Positions 36,039-44,474 of a DNA stretch of 64,000 bases are shown here, piece by piece. The first letter of the stretch is position 1. Each line of letters starts with the position of its first letter. Position numbers and translations under genes: made by a program. The stretch is taken from positions 17,282-81,281 of the forward strand of contig CAWGEQ010000051.1 of NCBI GenBank assembly GCA_963821645.1, given 5' to 3'. A model generated the notes under the pieces. That model ran no database searches and was not told the DNA's origin. It worked only from the letters and a program-made list of their open reading frames with translations. Source of the DNA: an uncultured delta proteobacterium. GTDB lineage: Bacteria > Desulfobacterota > RBG-13-43-22.

Positions 36039-36521
36039 TCACTGGACCACCACTGCCCCCATCAAAGGATCCAGACGGATCAAAACCGTTTTTTTCTTGC
36101 TGGATATTTGAAAATCGGCGCCTTCCCCTCCCCAATTAGGCTCGAAGATGAGACGATATTGGCCGCTTATCATCTCCCCGGCCGCAGGATCGATTATTTT
36201 GAATTCCAAATTGGAAGGGATTTTTCTGCTCTTGCGTCCTTCTATGCCGTACGCTTTGGTGTCTAAATCAATGGCCACCACCTCTTGTTTTCCGTTGATT
36301 TTGGACAGATTTCTGGCCTGCCTTAAAGTAGCCGAAAACTCTCGGACGGTGGCCTGGAGTCTGGCAGAGGACAAAAAGTTGGAGAAATAAACCGTAACCA
36401 AGCCCAAGATCATCAGGCTTAGGATCATAACGATAATCAATTCCAGTAGGGTAAAACCGGATTCATTTTTTTTAATGCGAAAATTAGAATATCGAATATC
36501 GAATATCGAATATCTAATCAT
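36039..36521 (-). CDS. gspH: Type II secretion minor pseudopilin GspH
   Basis: ESGFTLLELIIVMILSLMILGLVTVYF prepilin motif. The ATG overlaps the stop of the upstream ORF (ATGA) and lies in a repeat arm. Confidence 0.75.
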   Translation of the reverse strand: MIRYSIFDIRYSNFRIKKNESGFTLLELIIVMILSLMILGLVTVYFSNFLSSARLQATVREFSATLRQARNLSKINGKQEVVAIDLDTKAYGIEGRKSRKIPSNLEFKIIDPAAGEMISGQYRLIFEPNWGGEGADFQISSKKKTVLIRLDPLMGAVVVQ

Positions 36522-36525
36522 GAAG
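36485..36525. repeat. TTCGATA-type arm (GAATATC x4 ..TAATCATGAAG), left partner of 36937-36980
   Basis: Read directly. It is complementary in style and sequence to the arm at 36937-36980. Confidence 0.8.
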
Positions 36526-36961
36526 TTAAAGTCTTTTTGCTTTTTTCTTTTTCTTTCGCTGTCCGAATGCTCTTCACAAAAATTGAAATCAGCTCGTTAT
36601 TCTCATTGAACAGAGATTCAAACTTTGATTTGTTCTTAACCATGTTTGCCTTCTCGATCATAAGCAGCCAAATCCTTGTTTCCCGCAATTCCTTAAGACA
36701 TACTTTCATCTTATGGATAAAATCAACACGAGATTCTGCGCTTTGCGCTTCACCATAATTGGAGGCGGGAGATGTTCCACTCCGAATGAGTTGGCCGGAA
36801 ATATGATTTCCGGCTTTCGTCTTCGGCAAGCTCTCGGCCTCACGAATAATTCGGACAGCAAAATCTATCAATCGATCTTCGATATCAAATACTTTGTTTC
36901 CCCCCGTCTTGTGCAATTCATTTCCTGTTGAATAGTCTTCACTTCGATATTCGTTATTCAT
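36518..36961 (-). CDS. Four-helix-bundle protein (TIGR02436; the '23S rRNA intervening sequence protein' family)
   Basis: ISGQLIRSGTSPASNYGEAQSAESRVDFIHKMKVCLKELRETRIWLLM matches the family signature. Confidence 0.85.
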   Translation of the reverse strand: MNNEYRSEDYSTGNELHKTGGNKVFDIEDRLIDFAVRIIREAESLPKTKAGNHISGQLIRSGTSPASNYGEAQSAESRVDFIHKMKVCLKELRETRIWLLMIEKANMVKNKSKFESLFNENNELISIFVKSIRTAKEKEKSKKTLTS

Positions 36962-36980
36962 GATTCGATATTCGACATTC
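36937..36980. repeat. TTCGATA-type arm (CTTCACTTCGATATTCGTTATTCATGATTCGATATTCGACATTC), right partner of 36485-36525
   Basis: Read directly. It contains the start codon of the four-helix-bundle ORF. Confidence 0.8.
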
Positions 36981-36998
36981 TCTTTTGATCTTTTTATT

Positions 36999-38192
36999 TC
37001 AAAACGGCAGATCCGTCATGCTAAAAATGGCCATAAGCATGGATAGGACGATAAAACCGATGACCAGCCCCATCCCCAGTATCATGGCCGGTTCGAGAAA
37101 GCCGACAAACCTCTTGATGGAAATCCGCAGACTTTTTTCATAGGTAACGGCTACCTGCATCAGCATTTTGTCCAATTGTCCGGTCTCTTCGCCCACCTTG
37201 ATCATGGACAAGGCCAGGGGAGGAAAGACATTGGACTTAGCCAGGGGTAAGGAAATCCCTTTCCCTTCTTTTATTCCCTGGGCGATATTATCCAAGGCCA
37301 GGGCGATGGTTTGATTAGTAACCACATCCCGGGAATTTTTCAAGGCTTGCAAAAGGGGCACCCCGCTTCTTAACAAGGTCCCCAGGGTCCGGCAAAAACG
37401 AGCGGTCTCCAGCTTGCGGATAATGTCTCCCATCAAAGCCAGTTTGAAACGGTCCCAATAAAGCCGCCCTTGTTCCGATTTGATAGTGGTCCGGAAGAGG
37501 AACCCGCCCAGGATGAACAAGGCCAGGAAAATCCACCAGTAGGTCTTTAGACCCTGACTGGCGGAAAGCAGGATTTGGGTGGACAAGGGCAAAGAACTCC
37601 CCATTTCGGAAAAAATAACCGAAAACTTGGGCAGGACATAAGTGAGCAGGATAATGATCGAGAGGCCCCCGGTGGAAACTAAGATAATCGGGTAGATCAT
37701 GGAAGTTAAGACCTGCTCTTTAAGTTCTTTGGTCGATTCCAGAAATTCATTCAGCTTGTCAAGGACCTCTACTAAAATTCCGCCGGCCTCACCGGCCCTG
37801 ACCATATTGACATAAAGTCTGGAGAACACCCTGGGATGCCTCAGGAGGGCATCGGAGAAAGAACCTCCTTCCCGGATGGACCGGAGAATATCCTGAATGA
37901 CGGCTTGATTCTGTTTGCTTTCGGCAATACCGGCCAGGATGTTCAGGCTCCGGTCGAGGGGCAAACCGGCCTCCAGCAAGGCCGTCAATTCGTTGGTAAA
38001 GCTGATAATATCCCCTTTGGCTGATTTTAAACTCAGAGATCTTCCCAGCCCCTTCCCGGGGATGAATACTTTTAGAGGGATGATGCCGGAATTTTTCAGC
38101 CTGTCGATCGCGGCCTGTTGATCAGGGGCCTCGATGGCTCCCTCCATTATCGTGCCCTGAATATCGGTTCCCCGGTAGGAAAAGACGGCCAT
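36999..38192 (-). CDS. gspF: Type II secretion inner-membrane platform protein GspF
   Basis: 397 aa, two T2SSF repeats and 3 TM segments. It directly follows gspE. Confidence 0.95.
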   Translation of the reverse strand: MAVFSYRGTDIQGTIMEGAIEAPDQQAAIDRLKNSGIIPLKVFIPGKGLGRSLSLKSAKGDIISFTNELTALLEAGLPLDRSLNILAGIAESKQNQAVIQDILRSIREGGSFSDALLRHPRVFSRLYVNMVRAGEAGGILVEVLDKLNEFLESTKELKEQVLTSMIYPIILVSTGGLSIIILLTYVLPKFSVIFSEMGSSLPLSTQILLSASQGLKTYWWIFLALFILGGFLFRTTIKSEQGRLYWDRFKLALMGDIIRKLETARFCRTLGTLLRSGVPLLQALKNSRDVVTNQTIALALDNIAQGIKEGKGISLPLAKSNVFPPLALSMIKVGEETGQLDKMLMQVAVTYEKSLRISIKRFVGFLEPAMILGMGLVIGFIVLSMLMAIFSMTDLPF

Positions 38193-39709
38193 TATACCTC
38201 TTGGGTTACTCTCAGCACTTCTTGTAATGTGGTATGGGCATCTCTGACTTTTTCCAGGCCATCCTCCAAGAGGGTCTTCATCCCGTTCTGCCTGGCCACT
38301 TCCCGCATCTTTTGGGCGTCCTCATTATTGAGGATCATCCGGCGGATATGATCATCGACCACGAATAATTCGAAGATCCCGATTCGGCCGTAAAAGCCGG
38401 TATAGGCGCAGTGTTCACAGCCGGTCCCTTTATACAGGGTCTTGATATTTCCCATCCGCAGATGAACCAATTCCTCTTGAACCGTCGGGGCCGGATCGGC
38501 GATCTTGCAGACCGGACAGATGACCCGGACCAGTCGTTGGGCCAGAACACCCCGGACGGTCGAAGAAAGGAGAAAGCTTTCCACCCCCATATCCAACAGA
38601 CGGGTAACGGCACTGGGGGCATCGTTGGTGTGTAGGGTGGAAAAAACTAAGTGTCCGGTCAGGGCCGACTGGATGGCGATATCGGCGGTCTCCAGGTCCC
38701 TGATCTCTCCAATCATGATGATATCGGGATCATGGCGAACGATATGCCTCAGGGTGTTAGCAAAGTTCAACCCGATTTGAGGTTTCATCTGGATCTGGTT
38801 GATCCCCTTGAGCTGGTATTCGATGGGGTCTTCAACGGTGACAATCTTTTTGTCGGGGGTGTTGATCTTGTCCAGTGCCCCGTAAAGGGTGGTGGTCTTC
38901 CCGCTTCCGGTCGGCCCGGTGACCAAGACAATCCCGTTAGGTTTTTTGATTAACTGATTAAAGGTTTGCAGAGTTTGTCCGGAAAAACCCAGTATATTGA
39001 GGTCGATGGTGATGCCTTCCTTTTGCAGGATCCGCATGACCACGTCCTCCCCGTAAAGGACCGGTATGGTCGATACCCGCAATTCAATGTCCTTCTCAGC
39101 CACTTTCAGTTTGATCCGGCCATCCTGGGGCAGTCGCTTCTCGGCGATATTCAGTTTGGACATGATCTTGAGCCGAGACAGAATGGCGGCCTGAAGCTTC
39201 TTGGGAAGAGATTCGATTTCATGAAGCACCCCGTCGATTCGATACCGGACCCTCAGCTCGTCTTCGAAGGGCTCGATATGGATATCGCTGGCCCGGCTCT
39301 CCACCGCCCGGTTGATGACCATATTGACTAATTTGATGATCGGGGCCTCCGAGGCCAGGTCCTTGAGATGGCCGATGTCCTCTTCCTCGTCGGCCAAGAA
39401 TTCAAGCTCACCGGTCCCCATGTCCTCGATGATGCGATTGATATTTTGGGTCTCCTGGCCGTAAAACTTGCCGATATATTCGTCGAGCACCCTGGGTTCG
39501 CCGGCATAGACCTGAACCCGGGCCGAGGTGGCCACCTGCAAGGCATCAATGGTCTCCTTATCCTCCGGGTTGCCCATGGCCACTTTTAAAATATTATTCT
39601 TAAATTCCAGGGGAACGATGACGTTTTCCCGGATGAAACGTGAAGAAATACCCTCCAAAGCCAAGGGGATCTTGGGAAGGTTTTCCGGATCCAAAAGATT
39701 TGTGTTCAT
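38192..39709 (-). CDS. gspE: Type II secretion ATPase GspE
   Basis: A GSPII_E N-domain, Walker A (GPTGSGKTT), an Asp box and the tetracysteine CPVC...CEHC. Confidence 0.95.
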   Translation of the reverse strand: MNTNLLDPENLPKIPLALEGISSRFIRENVIVPLEFKNNILKVAMGNPEDKETIDALQVATSARVQVYAGEPRVLDEYIGKFYGQETQNINRIIEDMGTGELEFLADEEEDIGHLKDLASEAPIIKLVNMVINRAVESRASDIHIEPFEDELRVRYRIDGVLHEIESLPKKLQAAILSRLKIMSKLNIAEKRLPQDGRIKLKVAEKDIELRVSTIPVLYGEDVVMRILQKEGITIDLNILGFSGQTLQTFNQLIKKPNGIVLVTGPTGSGKTTTLYGALDKINTPDKKIVTVEDPIEYQLKGINQIQMKPQIGLNFANTLRHIVRHDPDIIMIGEIRDLETADIAIQSALTGHLVFSTLHTNDAPSAVTRLLDMGVESFLLSSTVRGVLAQRLVRVICPVCKIADPAPTVQEELVHLRMGNIKTLYKGTGCEHCAYTGFYGRIGIFELFVVDDHIRRMILNNEDAQKMREVARQNGMKTLLEDGLEKVRDAHTTLQEVLRVTQEV

Positions 39710-39769
39710 TTACAATCTTTTCTTTATTCGAAATGGTTCATTCGTTATTCAAATTTTTTTTAACCTTAG

Positions 39770-39787
39770 TTCCCGGGTTCCCGGGAA
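39770..39787. promoter_or_regulatory. Perfect inverted repeat TTCCCGGG-TT-CCCGGGAA in the gspE leader
   Basis: Read directly. It lies about 10-30 nt downstream of the predicted -10. Confidence 0.4.
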
Positions 39788-39795
39788 TGTTTTAA

Positions 39796-39824
39796 ATTTT
39801 AATCCTCTCCTCCCCTCTTGTCAA
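39796..39824 (-). promoter_or_regulatory. Candidate sigma70 promoter of the gspE-to-gspC operon (TTGACA-N17-TAAAAT)
   Basis: -35 at 39819-39824 and -10 at 39796-39801 with an exact 17-nt spacer. It lies about 85 nt upstream of the gspE ATG. Confidence 0.55.
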
Positions 39825-39833
39825 TCTTAACCC

Positions 39834-41268
39834 TCACGCCGCTATTGGCGGATGGCGTCCGGCCCAGGGCCTGGCCATCTCCAATTGGGCCGCCAGGCGA
39901 AACAGGGTGGCCTCATCGCCGAAACGTCCGATGAAATGCGTTCCGATGGGCAACCCCTCTCCATTCCAGAAAAGGGGAACCGACATGGCCGGCTGACCGG
40001 TAAGATTGCAGATGGGCGTAAAGGGGGCGAAGGCCGATGCCTGGCGAAGCCCCTGAAGGGCATCATCCGGGGCGGGTTCGAATCTCCCCAGGGGCAAGGG
40101 AGGCAGGGCCAGGGTAGGCGTAAGCCAGATATCGTAATCGAGAAAGAAACGGGCCACATCGCGGGCCATCCGCTGTATCGTCTGGAGGGCCAGAAGATAT
40201 TTTGCCCCGGTTTGGGTGCGGCCGATCTCGTTCAAGGTCCAGGTCAAGGGTTCCATATCTTCGGGCTTCACGGGTCGGCCCAGGATATACTCGATGCCTT
40301 CCAGGGTTGAGGCGCAACCGGCCGACCAGACCGTGAGAAAAGACCCTGTCCAACTGCTCTCCATCGACCTTCGGAGAAGCCTCCGTCACCCGGTGCCCCA
40401 ATTTCTCGCATAACCCGGCAACCCTCTGCACCGCTTCCCGGCAGTCCGCATGCACGGGAACACCGTCCAGGGCTTCCGTGCTGAAGGCGATGCGCAGCTT
40501 TCCCGGATGGACCCCGACTTCCTGTTGAAAAGGCCGGGCCGGCGGCGGGGCCCAGTAAGGGTCACCCAGGTCCGGACCCGAGGTGGCGTCCAGCAGCACG
40601 GCGCTGTCCCGCACCGAGCGCGTCACCGCGTGCTCGCAGACGATCCCGCTCATCACATCCCCGAAGTTGGGTCCCAGGGGGTTTCTGGCCCGGGTGGGCT
40701 TGAGGCCGAAAAGCCCGCAACAGGAGGCCGGGATGCGGATGGAACCGCCGCCATCATTGGCATGGGCCATGGGCACCAGGCCGGAGGCCACGGCCGCCGA
40801 CGAGCCGCCGCTTGATCCCCCGGTAGTCCGGGTCGTATCCCAGGGGTTGCGACAGGGGCCGAAGAGACGAGGCTCGGTGGTGGGGAGGATGCCGAACTCC
40901 GGGGTATTGGTCTTGCCCACGACGATCAACCCGGCCCGCTTCAAACGGGCCACCAGTTCGCTGTCCCGGTCGGGGATAAAATTTTTAAGCAGGGCCGATC
41001 CGAGGGACATGGGCACCCCGGCATAGGCGGCCATCAGGTCCTTGAGCAGAAAAGGCACGCCCTGAAAGGGTCCCTCGGGGATCTTTCCCCGGGCCGCGTC
41101 CCGCGCCAGATCGAACATCGATGTGACCACGGCGTTGAGCTGCGGGTTCAGCCGCTCGATCCTTTCAATAGCCGCATTTACCAATTCGATGGGTTGAAGT
41201 TCCTTTTTCCGCACCAGTTCCGCTTGAGCACAGGCATCCATAAAAGCCAATTCTTCGGCCAGACCCAT
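39834..41268 (-). pseudogene. Amidase-signature family amidase with one apparent +1 frameshift near 40345-40350; visibly GC-rich
   Basis: [14 protein letters not shown]...GGSIRIPAS is the amidase signature. The frame switches at ..DRVF|[10 protein letters not shown] within a TTTT run. ATG at 41266-41268 has GAGGAGG upstream. Confidence 0.8.
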
Positions 41269-41503
41269 GATTTCCTCCTCGTTGAAAATGATCGAGAGCA
41301 ACTCTCAGATGGAATGAATATAAAATAGAGGAGAAAAAGAAGTCAAGGAAGGAAATCAAAAAACCGCTTCCCCCCTTGATCACTGGATTCAAAAAAAATT
41401 TTGATTGACTTATCTGCTTACCGGCTTACAATACAAATGAACCATTAAAAAAATAAGGATGCACCGGATCAAAAATTGGTTCGGGCGGACTTAAGGAGGC
41501 TTT

Positions 41504-41704
41504 ATGTTAGGTTTAAATCAGGACATGCTCATTATTATATTGATTGTCGCGGTTATTTTCGGGGCAAAAAAATTACCGGAACTCGGGAAAGGATTAGGAA
41601 AAGGGATTAAAGAATTTAAAAGCGGCATATCCGGTCAGGATGCCGAGGAAGCCGCGCCTAAAGCCAAAGAGATTGAACCGGACGACAAAATCAAAAAGGA
41701 ATAA
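41504..41704 (+). CDS. tatA: Twin-arginine translocase subunit TatA/E
   Basis: IIILIVAVIFGAKKLPELGKGLGKGIKEFK. Confidence 0.9.
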   Translation: MLGLNQDMLIIILIVAVIFGAKKLPELGKGLGKGIKEFKSGISGQDAEEAAPKAKEIEPDDKIKKE

Positions 41705-41925
41705 CTTTCAACTCAAATCTGTTTTAGATCCCGCCTGGAAAAGGAAGTCAATATCCGAGACCGAAGGGGCCGGCTTTGGCCTGCCCTGGGAAGGATGATT
41801 CCTTAAAATCCGAAGCACGAAATCCAAAAAGAACGATAAAATTTATAAAGCCTTATCGATTGGCAACCCAAAAACAATCGCCAGTCTTCCCCGGCCGGAA
41901 ATTAGTCTCTCAAATAAATTAAAAA

Positions 41926-42498
41926 ATGAAATCTCTTCCAACCTTAGAATATCTGGTCAGTTGTTATGGGTATTGGGCCATACTGATCGGTACATTTTTT
42001 GAAGGGGAGACTATCTTAGTCGTCGGGGGATTCATAGCCCATTTGGGTTATCTAAAATTGCCTTATGTCATGGGAGCGGCCTTTATCGGAAGTTTTTCGG
42101 GGGATCAATTTTTCTTCATCCTCGGACGCTTAAAGGGACAAACCTTATTGGCCAAATTTAAAGAGACCCAACGGCGGGTCGATAAGATTCATAAGTTTTT
42201 GAACCGTTATAATGATCTGATCATGATCGGGTTCCGATTTGTTTATGGCATCCGTATCCTGACGCCAATAGTATTAGGCACCAACCATAAAATAAAGGCC
42301 AGCCGCTTTTTAGTGTTCAATGCCCTGGGGGCAATCATCTGGTCCATTGCGGTATCCCTCGGGGGCTATCTCTTTGGTGAAGCCCTGGAAATAGTCATTA
42401 AGGATATCAAACACTATCAGCTTAAAATTATCATCGGCATGATGATCATCGGCTTACTGGCCTGGATCCTCCATCGATTCGTCTGGAAAAACCGTTAA
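41926..42498 (+). CDS. DedA-family membrane protein
   Basis: FFEGETILVVGGF...GSFSGDQFFFILGR...FVYGIRILTP. Confidence 0.85.
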   Translation: MKSLPTLEYLVSCYGYWAILIGTFFEGETILVVGGFIAHLGYLKLPYVMGAAFIGSFSGDQFFFILGRLKGQTLLAKFKETQRRVDKIHKFLNRYNDLIMIGFRFVYGIRILTPIVLGTNHKIKASRFLVFNALGAIIWSIAVSLGGYLFGEALEIVIKDIKHYQLKIIIGMMIIGLLAWILHRFVWKNR

Positions 42499-42582
42499 AT
42501 TCTCTCCCTATTCTCCCTGAGAACTAATCCCTAATCCCAACTGATCGGGAGAAGAACCCCGAATTTCGAATCATGAACCAAT

Positions 42583-42665
42583 TTTTGATTGACAGGATAA
42601 CAATTAACCTATTTTTTTGCTCAGGGTCCAAAAAAACCTGAGCAACCGCGATCCGCTTTCGGCTG
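42583..42665 (+). repeat. Copy B of the ~90-nt TGACAGGAT...GCTCAGG hairpin repeat
   Basis: It aligns with 22513-22600. It is preceded by a TTCGATA-type half element at 42559-42577. Confidence 0.8.
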
Positions 42666-42788
42666 AGATTCAGCGTTCGTCCGTAGAACGATTGGGTTTG
42701 TGCCTTTCTTCCGAAAAGGCACAAAAATCCAGGTAATCCGGTAAATCCTGTCGAAAAAAGTTTTTAAATTCAGATTTCGTCTTATTGT

Positions 42789-43176
42789 TTATTGTCCCAC
42801 CGGCCCAAACCATAGGCCCCAACCGGTCAGGGCCGCCACTAACAGGATCAAAATCCCGAAAACAAAAAAGGTGCTCCGGGGGCCGAATCCGAATCTCGAT
42901 TCCCAGGGGAACAGGGCCAGAAGGAAAAGGGCCCCGAAGGGGAGAATCAGGCCGGCCCAGAGAGGCGGCAGATATAAAAGCAGGGTTTGAACCGCCAAAA
43001 AAATCCAGGGGGCCTGAACCCGAGCTTCCCGCATAAACCCCTTCCCTGCCGGGGTTTGACAAAGGGGCCGGGAACAGGAGGGCCGCCCAAAGGATCAACA
43101 GGACCACCAATAGGGCGGTGATAAATTCCTTGAATAAAAGTTGATCCCGGGTTATTTTTTCAGGGATGTTTTCCAT
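42789..43176 (-). pseudogene. Cytochrome b C-terminal-domain / subunit IV-like membrane protein with an apparent +1 frameshift near 43046
   Basis: The N-terminal frame reads ..KEFITALLVVLLILWAALLFPAPL. The second frame reads QAPWIFLAVQTLLLYLPPLWAGLILPF, which is (P)EWYFL-like. The two join by removing one T. Confidence 0.5.
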
Positions 43177-43222
43177 AGGCCGGTATTATATCGAAAATAA
43201 AATGGTTTGAATAGATCCTTCC

Positions 43223-43699
43223 ATGAAATCCTTGCTTACCTCAACCCGTACCTTTATTACCCGACGCCTTTTTATCACCGGGGGTATTCTTTCCGGGATG
43301 GGAGCGCTCTATTTAATCCTCAGGGGGATTTTTTCTTTTCTTCAACAACCCGCTTCCCGGACCAGGCCGACCCGGTTTGCTTTACTGGGTCGTCAGGAGT
43401 TGACCCAGAGTCGAACCGACCTTCTGTTTCGCCAAGGGGTATGGTTGATCCGGGATGATCGAGGCTGGTATGGTCTGATCAATGTCTGTACTCACCTTGG
43501 ATGTCAACCGGCCTTTGACCCCAAAATGAGGATATTGATCTGTCCCTGTCACGGCAGCCGGTTCGATCTTAAGGGAAATGTCCTCAAAGGCCCGGCGGCC
43601 CGTCCGCTCCAGAGGCCTTTTCTCTGGATAGGGTCCAAACAAGAAATCCAGGTGGATCTCCGGCGATTGGTAGATTCCGGTTTTAGATTGCGGACATGA
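43223..43699 (+). CDS. Rieske [2Fe-2S] protein
   Basis: CTHLGC...CPCHGSRF motifs, plus an N-terminal Tat-like/TM segment. Confidence 0.85.
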   Translation: MKSLLTSTRTFITRRLFITGGILSGMGALYLILRGIFSFLQQPASRTRPTRFALLGRQELTQSRTDLLFRQGVWLIRDDRGWYGLINVCTHLGCQPAFDPKMRILICPCHGSRFDLKGNVLKGPAARPLQRPFLWIGSKQEIQVDLRRLVDSGFRLRT

Positions 43700-44335
43700 A
43701 AAAACCTTCTTGGGACAATAGCTTTTGGAAACACCTGCATCCGATACGGCTTCAGCCGGAGTTCATCGGCTTTACCTATACCTTTTGTCTGGGAGGCTGC
43801 ACCTTCCTGCTTTTTCTGCTGCTGGGTATAAGCGGCCTGTTGCTGTCCTTCTATTATCTTCCTCTTGCGGACAAGGCCTATCCGAGCATAACCGAGATCA
43901 CCTATCTGGTCCCCTACGGAGGATTTATACGCAATATCCATTACTGGTCCGGCCAATTCATGGTCATCGCCTTACTCCTCCACATGATTCGGGTCTTTTA
44001 TTATCGGGCCTATCGACCTCCCCGGCAGTTTAATTGGTTGGTTGGCCTGCTCTTGCTGGTTTTGACTTTTGGAGAAGATTTCAGCGGGTATGTCCTGCGT
44101 TGGGATGGCGACACCTATCCGGCCGCCCTGGTGGCCGTGAATCTGGTTCGAGAAATCCCCTGGATCGGCCCTTTTCTTCATTTGCTTTTGGTCGGCGGGG
44201 ATCAAATCGGAGAGACCACGGTCCTTCGTTTTTATATTTTGCATTGTATGCTCTTACCCGGCCTGATGCTCTTTTTGATCTTCTATCACTTCTGGCGGGT
44301 GCAGAAAAGACGGGTTGGCCGGAAAACCGCTTTGA
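43696..44335 (+). pseudogene. Cytochrome b (b6-like N-terminal haem-binding subunit) with an apparent +1 frameshift about 10 codons before the inferred stop
   Basis: GGFIRNIHYWSGQFMVIALLLHMIRVFY and LRFYILHCMLLPGLML carry the haem-ligand His residues. Shifting frame near 44301 gives ..FWRVRKDGLAGKPL* ending at 44335. The uncorrected ORF runs on into dctP. Confidence 0.75.
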
Positions 44336-44474
44336 TCAAATTCCCCGGCCCCTATCCTCGGTTCCTGAAGATCTTTCTCCCAATTTTTCTCCTTGACCCG
44401 CTTTCCCCCCTATTTTATACTCCTGCAACAAAAAGCATTTTTATTCAAAAACACACTAAATCGGGAGGAACATT

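Noticed and set aside
35852-36266. ORFs 35852-36139(+), 35883-36266(+) and 35890-36135(-), with peptides such as FDIRYSIFDIRF.
   Set aside because: They are read-throughs of TTCGATA-type repeats and antisense to gspH and gspI. They show 7-residue periodicity and no independent signals.
40074-40089. GGGTTCGAATCTCCCC, which resembles a tRNA T-arm.
   Set aside because: It lies inside the amidase coding frame, and no acceptor or anticodon arms can be drawn around it.
43549-44396. ORFs 43549-43956(-), 43725-44033(+), 43972-44244(-) and 44034-44396(+) overlapping the cytochrome b gene.
   Set aside because: They are shadow frames of a well-supported gene. Only the final codons of a neighbouring plus-strand frame (ending at the TGA at 44333-44335) are used, to infer the true cytochrome b C-terminus.
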